Source: a virus
Lineage: Duplodnaviria > Caudoviricetes
Direction: 5' to 3' (one strand)
DNA length: 43,025 nucleotides
Virus record (IMG/VR): IMGVR_UViG_3300032257_000032
Location: 1 to 43,025 of that record
A program made the position numbers and the translations under genes. The notes under the pieces are model-generated. The model did not search any database, was not told the origin of the DNA, and saw only the letters and a list, made by a program, of their open reading frames with translations. Of this stretch, positions 19,215 to 28,057 are shown one piece after another; position 1 is the first letter of the stretch; each line of letters opens with the position of its first letter.

Positions 19215-19624
19215 TAAGGTGTCTCCAAGAACTGTGATAGGGTTAGTGCATCCCACTTAGTTAATCTAGTCATTACTAAAGTATCCGCTGTACCACTAAT
19301 AAGTATAGCACTTATGTATTGATCGTCTGAGTATATAACATAATCTGTTTGTGGGGCTAAGATAATTACATTTGCATAGTCAGTATCCATAGCTAGGGTG
19401 TCTATAGGTGTTGCCCCAAAACTAAGCGCCATGTAGTTCTCACCTAAGTTAGAGAACATAGCTAAGCCAGAGCCAGCACTAAAAGCATCTACACCAGACC
19501 CTGCCATAACAACATTAGTAACTGATATAAGCCTAGTGTTTAAGGGCTTTACTACACCTAAAGGTATGTCCTTACCATCACCAGACGATAAGGGATATAC
19601 CGATAGTATGTCACTAGCAGCCAT
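19214..19624 (-). CDS. Putative structural protein
   Basis: Beta-rich, coupled to nozzle gene. Confidence 0.65.
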   Translation of the reverse strand: MAASDILSVYPLSSGDGKDIPLGVVKPLNTRLISVTNVVMAGSGVDAFSAGSGLAMFSNLGENYMALSFGATPIDTLAMDTDYANVIILAPQTDYVIYSDDQYISAILISGTADTLVMTRLTKWDALTLSQFLETP

Positions 19625-20151
19625 TATCTATCCTTCCTATGAGGAGGAGTTAATGCTCTATCAGCAAACCACCAAGATGCAGCAGTAGTGGCCGCAAAGA
19701 TTATAGACTGGACTACATACACTACTAACTCAGCTGCCTCAGAGGGAGTTAAGAACTCACTAAGCCCTTGATGCGTAAGTACATGGAAGACATAGCCAGC
19801 TAACAGTATTAATATAGTAGTAAGTGTAGGTCTGTATAACTTAATTATAGCAACTACCCATGGATAGGTAACTTGCCCTTGAGTAGACTCAGCTCTAACG
19901 GACTCACCTAGAGACTTCCAAGACCCTTGCTGCTGTACTATCTCTACCTCTTGCTCATGATCTTGAGAGTCACGCTGCATCTCTAACTCAAATAGCCTAT
20001 CCTCCCGTTCCCACTTAAGCACTTCAAAGTCCCTAGTAGCCTGAAGCTTTTCAGCATCCTCTTTAGCTTTAAACCAGTTGGTTATAAAGCCTAGTGCTCC
20101 ACCCACTAATCCGCCTGAGCCTGCTGTAAGTAATCCTATTAGAAGTTCCAT
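19624..20151 (-). CDS. Putative holin (3-TM type)
   Basis: N-terminal Gly-rich hydrophobic segment, coiled coil, RPTLT plus two TM segments, WWFADR; next to endolysin. Confidence 0.7.
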   Translation of the reverse strand: MELLIGLLTAGSGGLVGGALGFITNWFKAKEDAEKLQATRDFEVLKWEREDRLFELEMQRDSQDHEQEVEIVQQQGSWKSLGESVRAESTQGQVTYPWVVAIIKLYRPTLTTILILLAGYVFHVLTHQGLSEFLTPSEAAELVVYVVQSIIFAATTAASWWFADRALTPPHRKDR

Positions 20152-20543
20152 AATTGCCTCGCTTTAGCGCCACTATACCATCTACGGTTAGGGCGTATAT
20201 CTGTGTGAATGAATGTCTGGTAATAGCCAAACGTTGTAAAGCCTACTATTCTAAGTATATGTAATAACTCAAACCTATCATGGTTAGCTAACGAGATATC
20301 AAAGGCTAGTTCCTTATGCTTAGATAGTCTCCTACCACCAACCCTAAAGTTATGGTATATACATCTATGGGCGCTATTCAGATTGAATGCCTTCCCAGCT
20401 ATAGTCCTAGCTTGCTGTAGCATATCTAAAGACTCAGGGTCATGGTAGTATTCACCACAGTGTGGGCAGCTAAGCTCCTGAATAGGGAAGTTAGGCCATA
20501 GCCATTCCCCTGTATACTCTGAGTAGTGACTATATAAGGCCAT
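20139..20543 (-). CDS. Endolysin, peptidase M15A family
   Basis: FPIQELSCPHCG, SAHRC..HN..VGG...SKH....AFDI, FIHTDIR. Confidence 0.92.
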   Translation of the reverse strand: MALYSHYSEYTGEWLWPNFPIQELSCPHCGEYYHDPESLDMLQQARTIAGKAFNLNSAHRCIYHNFRVGGRRLSKHKELAFDISLANHDRFELLHILRIVGFTTFGYYQTFIHTDIRPNRRWYSGAKARQLWNF

Positions 20544-21009
20544 ACTTATTTGCCCAAGCTAGCAAGTTCACAGCTATACCCATTCCCATACCTATCCATA
20601 AGTACTTATTGAGCCTAGATATAGTAGAACTTAGCCTATTATCAAGGTCTAGAAGCTTAGATGTATACTCATCCCTGACAATATTAATAGCATGCGCTTG
20701 GTCTAGGTCTGCCTGTAACTGAGCTATCTTAAGATGCTCTAAGGCTACAAACTTAAGTGCTACTTCGGACATAACAGTCTCCTTGCTCTTAGCTATTTGA
20801 TCTTGCCCTGCTTTTATAGCCTCAAACAGTAGATCAAACTTCTTATTTATTTCAGCTCTATGCACTGTTCTATCATCAGCAGCACGTTCTTCAAACTCTA
20901 TGTGTCTAGCAAAGTTCTGTTGAAGCAGCGCTACTGTAGTCTTAGTCTCAGCAGCTATTTCCCATAACTTAGCTATATGATCCATAGGATCCTTACTTTC
21001 AGGTGGCAT
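20530..21009 (-). CDS. Coiled-coil protein with C-terminal TM helix (lysis-associated)
   Basis: Start moved to MPPESK, overlapping the upstream stop; YLWIGMGMGIAVNLLAWA. Confidence 0.7.
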   Translation of the reverse strand: MPPESKDPMDHIAKLWEIAAETKTTVALLQQNFARHIEFEERAADDRTVHRAEINKKFDLLFEAIKAGQDQIAKSKETVMSEVALKFVALEHLKIAQLQADLDQAHAINIVRDEYTSKLLDLDNRLSSTISRLNKYLWIGMGMGIAVNLLAWANKYGLI

Positions 21010-21305
21010 CAAACCAGCCCCCCTTCTAGGCACATACGCAGTGTTAGAGGTACCAGTGCGCCAAGCATATAGTATAGTATATCTAACCACTCAAATACAC
21101 CAATGCCTAGGCGCTTCTGTAAGTACTCTACAGCCCAGCCTAAGAAAAACATCCCAATAAGTATAGGTAGTGTATTAATAGCAAAGCACACAGCAATATA
21201 ACTAACAATAATACCTCCAGTAAGGTGACGATGCTTATCTGTTGGTAAATACGTATCAAGTACTTCATCTAGCCTATTCCTTATCATTATTAGACGTACT
21301 CTCAT
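21009..21305 (-). CDS. Small multi-pass membrane protein
   Basis: DKHRH...WAVEYLQ...FEWLDILYYMLG, three hydrophobic segments. Confidence 0.75.
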   Translation of the reverse strand: MRVRLIMIRNRLDEVLDTYLPTDKHRHLTGGIIVSYIAVCFAINTLPILIGMFFLGWAVEYLQKRLGIGVFEWLDILYYMLGALVPLTLRMCLEGGLV

Positions 21306-21318
21306 TATTATGACCCTA

Positions 21319-23673
21319 TTAGTAAGTTAGTAAAACCCTATCTTCCAGTGTGAAGTATTCAGTACCTGAGCCATATAACACCAATGTACCATTAGCCGTA
21401 GTTATAGTAGCACTAGCCGCTCCATCTATAGTCACAGATACTGGCACTGTTCCTGTCCCTGCCATGGTAGCTGCAGCTGAAGCTAGAGCACCAGTGCCTG
21501 TAACCGTAGCTGAGGCTGTACCACTGCCAGACATAGTTGCGTCATTAGCTGCTAATGCTCCAGTGCCTACATGAGATATCTCTCCTACTCCAGCCATAGT
21601 TGCAACGGCTGATGCTAGTGAGCCTGTACCTGTATGGAAACCACCAACTGTACCGGAACCAGCCATAGTAGCAGACTGTGCTGCTAGAACACCTCGCTGA
21701 TAGAGCCCACCAGTAGCTACAGCATCACTATGGGCTAAGAAGGTAGCTACGCTAGGGGAAGTATCATAGAAAGCGATAGCGTCTATCTCACCTCCTAAAT
21801 GGCTAGTACCTGTATCATCAACTCCTATGAATAGGTCTTCAGGGGTAGCAGTAGAGGTAGACGTATTAGTATCAGTATCCTCCTCAATGCCATCTAGTAT
21901 GATAGACATACCATTGACTGAGTCCATAACAGCAGCCATATGATACTTAACACCGGCAGTTATAGTAGTGGTACTAACAGCATAGAAAGCTGTTCCACCA
22001 GTATTGACTACTTTATACCTAAGCTTGCCTGCAGTATCTACATATAAGGACTCTATATCTAAACCGCCAGTATTATCATGGTTCATATATAGGAAATAGG
22101 CATTACCATTAGTTCTAGCAGCTAACTTAAATACAGCCTCTATAGCCCTATCTGCATTGGCAGCAGGATTAGCACTAACAGGCATGACTATATGGTCACT
22201 AGTACCCCGTGATAATGTAACACATGTACCTGTATCATTAGCAACTAGTCCAGTAACCTCTAAGGTAGGACTGCCTGCATAGGTAGCATCTGCCGTACCT
22301 ATAGAATCCGTTGCTACTGACTCGCCAATACGCTCATCTACATTATATAGTATACTAGCGCCATCAGCTATTACCTGATCAATGTAAGGCGTGATTGAAG
22401 TAGTAGTGCCTGAGCCAGCCATTGTAGCAGCTTGAGCAGCTAAGGCTCCAGTACCAGAGACTACACCTGAAACAGCGCCAGAGCCTGCTATAGTGGCCGC
22501 TGCAGCTACTAACGCTCCTGTGCCAGTATGCTCTACCTCTCCAGTACCAGCCATTGCCGCAGCTTGTGATGCTAGCGCACCTGTACCCGTTATATTTCCT
22601 GCAACAGTGCCTGAACCAGTCATTGTAGCTGCAGCAGCTACTAAAGACCCAGACCCTGTAATCTCTCTTTGGCCAGCGCCTGACATAGTAGCTATAGCTG
22701 AAGCCAAAGCTCCTGTACCTGTTATTACGGTGCCTACTGTACCTGAGCCTGCTATACTAGCAGCCTGTGATGCTAATGCACCAGAGCTTGTAATCTCTCT
22801 CTGACCAGCACCACTCATAGTAGCAGCAGTAGAAGCAAGTGCGCCAGTGCCGGTTACAGCACGCTCACCAGTGCCGGACATAGTAGCTGCAGCAGAGCTA
22901 AGAGATCCTGTACCAGTAATTCCTCCTGCTACATCAGGGATGAATACAGGAGTTTCTTCCTTCTGTAATACGAAGTAAGGGTTAGCACTTAACTTCTTAA
23001 ACTCATTCTCAGTTAGTGCCTCTTTAAACAGATAGAGTACACTGTATTCCTCTTCCCAGTCATGCGTATTGTTTACATGCGCAGCACCTATCTTAGCTCC
23101 CTGTGTGTATGTCTGCTTCTTAGTAGCAGTTGAGCTTAGACTTGCCTCAATGATACCGTCTACACCAACTTCTAGTAGTCCTGCTGAGTTAGACTTCTGC
23201 CCTAGCATTGAATGCCATGCACCATCCCGTATATTACTTGTACCAATACAGTCTGCCGCTACAGAGTTAATCGTATAGCGCAGTTCAAGCGTGGTCGCCC
23301 AAGACTTTCTACGAAGGAATACCTCCTCTCCAGATAGTCCCCTAGTAGCAAATAGATGCTCTTGAGGGCCATTAGCAGAGCTAACCTTAGCGTAAGAGAA
23401 TACAGCCCATGTATCCATTAAGCCTAAGTTATAGCCCTCAGGTATAGTTATTTCCTCTGTGGTAGTGGAAGTAAACTGGACAGTGCTTTGCTTTGCTACC
23501 AGATTGCCATTAGTCAGAGTACCTACCTTATGTGAGCATAGATCCCTAACTACATTGCCGCGCTCATTAAGCAAGAAAGCAGCATATAGCTTTTTACCAG
23601 TTGGATTAGACCTATCTACCCCAACGTAGTTAGTAGGCTTTCTAGCCCTTGTTTTCCTATCAAAGAAAAACAT
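21319..23673 (-). CDS. Fibre/adhesin with two LamG/ConA-like domains and 12 Gly/Ala/Thr repeats
   Basis: DGAWHSMLG..VGVDG and GVKYHMAAV..IILDG...GEIDAIAFY motifs; repeat xTGTGALASxAATMxGxG. Confidence 0.85.
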   Translation of the reverse strand: MFFFDRKTRARKPTNYVGVDRSNPTGKKLYAAFLLNERGNVVRDLCSHKVGTLTNGNLVAKQSTVQFTSTTTEEITIPEGYNLGLMDTWAVFSYAKVSSANGPQEHLFATRGLSGEEVFLRRKSWATTLELRYTINSVAADCIGTSNIRDGAWHSMLGQKSNSAGLLEVGVDGIIEASLSSTATKKQTYTQGAKIGAAHVNNTHDWEEEYSVLYLFKEALTENEFKKLSANPYFVLQKEETPVFIPDVAGGITGTGSLSSAAATMSGTGERAVTGTGALASTAATMSGAGQREITSSGALASQAASIAGSGTVGTVITGTGALASAIATMSGAGQREITGSGSLVAAAATMTGSGTVAGNITGTGALASQAAAMAGTGEVEHTGTGALVAAAATIAGSGAVSGVVSGTGALAAQAATMAGSGTTTSITPYIDQVIADGASILYNVDERIGESVATDSIGTADATYAGSPTLEVTGLVANDTGTCVTLSRGTSDHIVMPVSANPAANADRAIEAVFKLAARTNGNAYFLYMNHDNTGGLDIESLYVDTAGKLRYKVVNTGGTAFYAVSTTTITAGVKYHMAAVMDSVNGMSIILDGIEEDTDTNTSTSTATPEDLFIGVDDTGTSHLGGEIDAIAFYDTSPSVATFLAHSDAVATGGLYQRGVLAAQSATMAGSGTVGGFHTGTGSLASAVATMAGVGEISHVGTGALAANDATMSGSGTASATVTGTGALASAAATMAGTGTVPVSVTIDGAASATITTANGTLVLYGSGTEYFTLEDRVLLTY

Positions 23674-23675
23674 AG

Positions 23676-24176
23676 TTATGCGCTATTAAACGTTATGCCA
23701 GTGTACTCTAAATGGTTATTAGTACCTGTAGCATGGAAGGTCGCACCTGTATCATTCTCTATTACAATAGCCCACTCCATAGGCATTGATCCAAAGGCGT
23801 CCTTGACAGATAGAGGGCCAATAACTATATCGTTATTATCGTCTGTAGTATCTACAGATATAGAGGCAAGTAGCACTATGTCTTTATAGCCTTCTACATG
23901 AGTATTACCAGTAGTACCCCATGTTATATCAGCGTCACCAGCATCAACACCGGCTGTGAACTCTGTACCATCCCATGAACCTACAGCATATACATGAATA
24001 TAACCATCTGCTGCCATTGTGCCAACTTGTATTGAGCCACCTACTAAGGCATCAATGAATAAATTAGTAGCATTATCTACTAGGGCAGAGGAACAAAAAG
24101 CCCCATCCACATTACCATCTGCTGAGGTAATAGCTATAGCTGTAGTAGACCCGTACTTTATCTTTGCTTCTGCCAT
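23676..24176 (-). CDS. Acidic beta-sandwich protein of the fibre cassette
   Basis: Beta-rich; FGSMPMEWAIVIENDTGA. Confidence 0.7.
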   Translation of the reverse strand: MAEAKIKYGSTTAIAITSADGNVDGAFCSSALVDNATNLFIDALVGGSIQVGTMAADGYIHVYAVGSWDGTEFTAGVDAGDADITWGTTGNTHVEGYKDIVLLASISVDTTDDNNDIVIGPLSVKDAFGSMPMEWAIVIENDTGATFHATGTNNHLEYTGITFNSA

Positions 24177-24562
24177 TAGATTGCCCTCGCATTGGCTATG
24201 TCGCCTTCACGTACACGACCAAGGCCATGCTCTTCTGCGGTAGAACTTGCTACTGTTGCAGCAGAGACTATTGCAGACCATGTAGTAGTACCATTAGGGA
24301 ATATACCCTTAATAATAGGAACAGCAGCCTTTAGAACTAACTCAATTCCACATAGAGCTAACCACTCCTGCTTCTTATTATCAGCTAAAGCCGCATACTC
24401 CCCTTCATCAGTTAAGGCAAATAGACTACTGCCTGTCATGCTATCTAGCACCCTAGTCTTATCCATCAAGTTAAACTCTGCTGCCGCTTGGGCATTAGTT
24501 AAGACTGAGAACGTAGCTGGGTCAGCTAGCATAATGTCTTTAAGTTCCTGATACTTGCTCAC
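24176..24562 (-). CDS. Helical accessory protein of the fibre cassette
   Basis: Coupled on both sides; GGAG RBS, GTG start. Confidence 0.7.
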   Translation of the reverse strand: MSKYQELKDIMLADPATFSVLTNAQAAAEFNLMDKTRVLDSMTGSSLFALTDEGEYAALADNKKQEWLALCGIELVLKAAVPIIKGIFPNGTTTWSAIVSAATVASSTAEEHGLGRVREGDIANARAI

Positions 24563-24960
24563 TAGAAACTTACTCCTGTGCCAGATACTACGCCCATTCT
24601 AACTGTAGGTACTGGAGGTGCTGACTTAGTAGCCGTAGCAGAGGATGCACAAGCACTTTCTGTAGTAGTTGCACTTACAGCGGTTACTTTAAAGTACCAA
24701 ACACCTGCAGCTAGATTGCTATCATCAAAGGTAGTGTTAACTCTTAAGCCATCTGTTACAAATGCACCTAAATCATAGAAGCTAGTACTTGGGCAAGCAA
24801 AGCCTGAAGTCTGTGAATAGTATGCTTTATAGCTTACAGATGTTCCAGCAGGTACGGGTGTACCATCTACTGTCTGCACTGGCTCATTAAACGATATCGT
24901 CCCTGCACTTGCTACTGAGCTTGTCAACATTAACGCTAATAGTAATAATGTCTGTTTCAT
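24562..24960 (-). CDS. Signal-peptide-bearing FN3-like protein
   Basis: Start moved to MKQTLLLLALMLTSSVASA after AGGAG; YKAYY, LAAGVWYFKVTAV....ES motif; two Cys. Confidence 0.8.
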   Translation of the reverse strand: MKQTLLLLALMLTSSVASAGTISFNEPVQTVDGTPVPAGTSVSYKAYYSQTSGFACPSTSFYDLGAFVTDGLRVNTTFDDSNLAAGVWYFKVTAVSATTTESACASSATATKSAPPVPTVRMGVVSGTGVSF

Positions 24961-25046
24961 CTTCTTCTCCTGTATAGAACCACTTAGGCTCTTTATCATA
25001 CCCACCACGATACTTACGTTGGTAAGTCTCTAGGAACTGCTCTAGC

Positions 25047-25415
25047 TTATACTGGTGCAGTGTAAGTTAACGAACTAACAGATACAGTATCACCTGCACC
25101 GATAGTAGTACTGGACAAGTTAATATCCGAACCTGATGTACCTACAGCACATAATAGCACTTCAGTACTACCATTGGACTCTACTGTAGCTTTAGCAGCT
25201 GTTCCACCTGTAGCACTAGTATCATCAGTAATAGCACTGAAGGTTAATACTGCACCAGATACAGTACCAGCAGGGTCGCTAAGTACTAGCGTAGCTACCT
25301 CTACATCACCAGATGTACGGATAACTAGATTGCCAGCACCTACATCTTGATCTATATCTGCTAGTACAGCATCCGCGATACTATTACGTGTTGCTGCGTT
25401 ATGAGTTACTGACAT
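25047..25415 (-). CDS. Small beta-rich virion filament/fibre subunit candidate
   Basis: RNSIADAV...VGTSGSDINLSSTTIGAGDTVSVSSLTYT; GAGGA RBS. Confidence 0.7.
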   Translation of the reverse strand: MSVTHNAATRNSIADAVLADIDQDVGAGNLVIRTSGDVEVATLVLSDPAGTVSGAVLTFSAITDDTSATGGTAAKATVESNGSTEVLLCAVGTSGSDINLSSTTIGAGDTVSVSSLTYTAPV

Positions 25416-25560
25416 GGCTTAATTCCTCTCTCTTAGTTTCAATGTATATCCAATCTTCTTCTGTTAGGATTGAATGGTAAATGTCCGGTATGTTAGCATA
25501 GTCATCAAATCTAACATTGCCGTCTTTGTCCCTTACTAAACCTACTAGTTGTGTACCCAT
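25399..25560 (-). CDS. 53-aa protein MGTQLVGLVRDKDGNVRFDD...
   Basis: Not in ORF track; AGGAG RBS; fills the gap. Confidence 0.75.
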   Translation of the reverse strand: MGTQLVGLVRDKDGNVRFDDYANIPDIYHSILTEEDWIYIETKREELSHVSNS

Positions 25561-25563
25561 GAG

Positions 25564-25797
25564 TTATACTCCTGTTATAGTTATTGTGCCTGAATTGGCC
25601 TCTCTATTTATATAGAGTAGTTTATTCGGGTCTGCTGCAGTAGGTATTGTTATAGCCACTGCACCATTATATGTAACCCCAAATATGTTTATACCGTCTT
25701 TTAGCATAGCTAGGGTGATAGCGTATGTTGAGGTAGTAATCTGTGTGTAGTTGGTAGAGGAGTCTCTCTGCCTAGCATGAGGTATTATAGCACTCAT
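25564..25797 (-). CDS. Truncated beta-sandwich structural domain
   Basis: IFGVTYNGAVAITIP...LYINRE...TITITG then stop. Confidence 0.7.
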   Translation of the reverse strand: MSAIIPHARQRDSSTNYTQITTSTYAITLAMLKDGINIFGVTYNGAVAITIPTAADPNKLLYINREANSGTITITGV

Positions 25798-26408
25798 GCT
25801 CTACCACTACTGACATTCTGTTCATGTGAATTTATAACATCAGCTACTAATAATGCTAGCTCTCCTGATGCTATAGCCTGTACCATATTAGCATTCTCTC
25901 TATTACCTATGGCATTAAGAGATAAAGTCGCAGCTAAGTCTGTTACTAATTCGGGCATTAGTTCTAGTATCCAGTTAGTATCTGTATCTGCTACTAGTGC
26001 AGCTGGGTACTCATAGTAACCAAATAAGAATGTACTACTAAGTTCGCTATTACGTATATGTAATAATGTCCCAGACATATAGAATATATCTGTCTTACCA
26101 GCGCCTACCTTAGTAGCTATTTCTTCTATGCCTAGTCCCTCTATATGAGGATCATTAGCTGTATCTGGATACGCTACGTAGGCAGTCTTACGAAATCTTG
26201 CAGGTAAAGTAATACTCTGGGTATATGTAGTGGCTACAATACCATCCGCACTACCCAGAGTTACCTCTTGTAAGTCTCTCCAGAATTCTCCAGATAAGCT
26301 TATTAGGCGTACAGCAGCATTGATCTTCTGTGCCTCTAAGTCAGCCTTATCCGGCCTATTAGTTATATTTGCTACCGCTGTCTTGATACTGGAGAAAGTG
26401 TCTGACAT
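25794..26408 (-). CDS. Head-tail adaptor (tail tubular A-like)
   Basis: TFSSIKTAVANITNRPD, TLPARF, DTDTNWILELMPELV motifs. Confidence 0.8.
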   Translation of the reverse strand: MSDTFSSIKTAVANITNRPDKADLEAQKINAAVRLISLSGEFWRDLQEVTLGSADGIVATTYTQSITLPARFRKTAYVAYPDTANDPHIEGLGIEEIATKVGAGKTDIFYMSGTLLHIRNSELSSTFLFGYYEYPAALVADTDTNWILELMPELVTDLAATLSLNAIGNRENANMVQAIASGELALLVADVINSHEQNVSSGRA

Positions 26409-26411
26409 AAC

Positions 26412-26780
26412 TTATACTTCTTTCAATGGCCCTGTGTCACCACAGAACTCTTTTCTTAAGAAGGCTATCTGCTCTTCATCGTTAGTATGGTAATTACCAC
26501 CAGCTATGAAGTTAATAGGCTTACCATCAGGCATAGCCGAATTGAAGCAACCAGCGGCAGCTTCAAAGAATACGTAACCATCACGCTTAAGCGTCTGGCG
26601 TTTAAGATCAGCTGCTTCAATAGCAGCAATAGCAGCCTTAGCGTTACTGCTCATCTCTACTGGATCCTCTTGAGCAACTGGCTTATTAAGCACAACATCC
26701 TTACTATCAGGTAAGGCTTCAGCCCCTTGGGGTTTAAACATGTTAGCAGGGTCAGCTGCTTTGTTAGTATTCTTAGACAT
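26412..26780 (-). CDS. Hypothetical protein following the capsid gene
   Basis: AGGAG RBS; F..G.YHTNDEEQIAFL. Confidence 0.8.
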   Translation of the reverse strand: MSKNTNKAADPANMFKPQGAEALPDSKDVVLNKPVAQEDPVEMSSNAKAAIAAIEAADLKRQTLKRDGYVFFEAAAGCFNSAMPDGKPINFIAGGNYHTNDEEQIAFLRKEFCGDTGPLKEV

Positions 26781-26810
26781 AGTATGTCTCCTAGTTAGAT
26801 TAAATTAGAA

Positions 26811-26826
26811 TAGCCGTCCTTGGCCA
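26811..26826 (-). promoter_or_regulatory. CsrA/RsmA-type hairpin TGGCC-AAGGAC-GGCTA
   Basis: ANGGAN hexaloop on a 5-bp stem, 10 nt after the capsid stop. Confidence 0.55.
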
Positions 26827-26836
26827 AGTTATCCTA

Positions 26837-28042
26837 TTAAGCAGCAGCAGTTAGACCGTTAATAACTGCACAACCACCTGGGTTCATAAACTCTGTAGCG
26901 AACTCAGTTAGCAATGAGCCACCTTCTGCATCCACACCAGAGTTAGTGCCATCGCTAGCACCGTTATAGTCTTCTGACAGTACATCACGACCATCCATGT
27001 AAGCAAGCTTCATAGAAGGTAGATCACATACAACCATAAGACCATCAGCAGACCGAGTAAGGCCGTCTAATAGAGGATGTAACATAAACTTAATGTTACC
27101 ACGATAGAGTTCAAATTCTCGGTACTTCATACCAAAGGTTGTCTCTTTACGCTCTATATTGATCTGACCAAACAGTACACCGATACCCGTAAGTACCTTA
27201 GCTGCTGTAGAGTCACAGAAGGCTACACGATCAGTGTTATTACCAAGGGAAGTCTGATTAGCAAAAGCACTCTCCACTAAAGTAACTAACTGGTCATAAG
27301 TAGTAGTAGAGCCAGCAGTACCAACGTTACCTGAAGCATGCTCATATACAGCATCAATGATGCCCTGTGTAGCATGGATAGGTGGACTACCAGCAGGTGC
27401 TTCTGCTTGACCCCATAACAATGTAGACTCTATATCAATAGAGTGTAAGTTCATGCAGTCTGCACGACTCTCTGCTACGTTACTATAGCCAGCTTCAGCA
27501 TAAGATGCCTTAGCAGTACCAGACAATGCCCAAGCATTACGAATGATAGAAGTATAGTTAGGTACGTATACAGGACTAATAGATCGAGCAGTAGGACGAT
27601 CTGAAGACTCTGCATGTGCATTACCTACAGCAAAGAGGATAGCATTATCCAAGATGTTACCAGCAGCAACACGACCAAAGCTACGAGAGATAGTAAGCTG
27701 AGTAGCACTGTCTACAGAGACAACACGAATGTTCTCACGTGTAGCAGGTACTTGTAATACCATACCCGCAACCATACCAGTAGTAGCATCACATACCAAA
27801 GTAGTATCAGTTGAGTTTAAGTCAGTAGCGTCATCTACAGTAACAGACCCAAAGGTCATAGTCTTAGTAAAGTAGCCATGTGTACTAGCCTTAGCTTGCG
27901 TCTTGCTTGCATCACCTGTAAGGGCAAAGATCGGTGCAGAGCCATTAGGCCATAGTTTAAGGATAGTCTGTGCAAAGCTATCCATGTTAAGTTCGCTTGG
28001 GTTATACGAAGTATAAAAATACCCATTGGCATTAAAAGCCAT
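26837..28042 (-). CDS. Major capsid protein (SU10/DUF5309-like) with insertion domain
   Basis: 401 aa after scaffold; NYTSIIRNAWALSGT, DIESTLLWG, TQGI, LLTEFATE. Confidence 0.88.
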   Translation of the reverse strand: MAFNANGYFYTSYNPSELNMDSFAQTILKLWPNGSAPIFALTGDASKTQAKASTHGYFTKTMTFGSVTVDDATDLNSTDTTLVCDATTGMVAGMVLQVPATRENIRVVSVDSATQLTISRSFGRVAAGNILDNAILFAVGNAHAESSDRPTARSISPVYVPNYTSIIRNAWALSGTAKASYAEAGYSNVAESRADCMNLHSIDIESTLLWGQAEAPAGSPPIHATQGIIDAVYEHASGNVGTAGSTTTYDQLVTLVESAFANQTSLGNNTDRVAFCDSTAAKVLTGIGVLFGQINIERKETTFGMKYREFELYRGNIKFMLHPLLDGLTRSADGLMVVCDLPSMKLAYMDGRDVLSEDYNGASDGTNSGVDAEGGSLLTEFATEFMNPGGCAVINGLTAAA

Positions 28043-28057
28043 AATAGTTCTCCTATG

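Noticed and set aside
21319-23673. Diversity-generating retroelement or shufflon acting on the fibre
   Set aside because: No reverse transcriptase or recombinase; repeats are conserved at protein level and degenerate in DNA
24961-25046. Gap that reads as peptide LEQFLETYQRKYRGGYDKEPKWFY in an alternative frame and has three weak hairpins
   Set aside because: No start or slippery site seen; possibly a gene remnant, too weak to call
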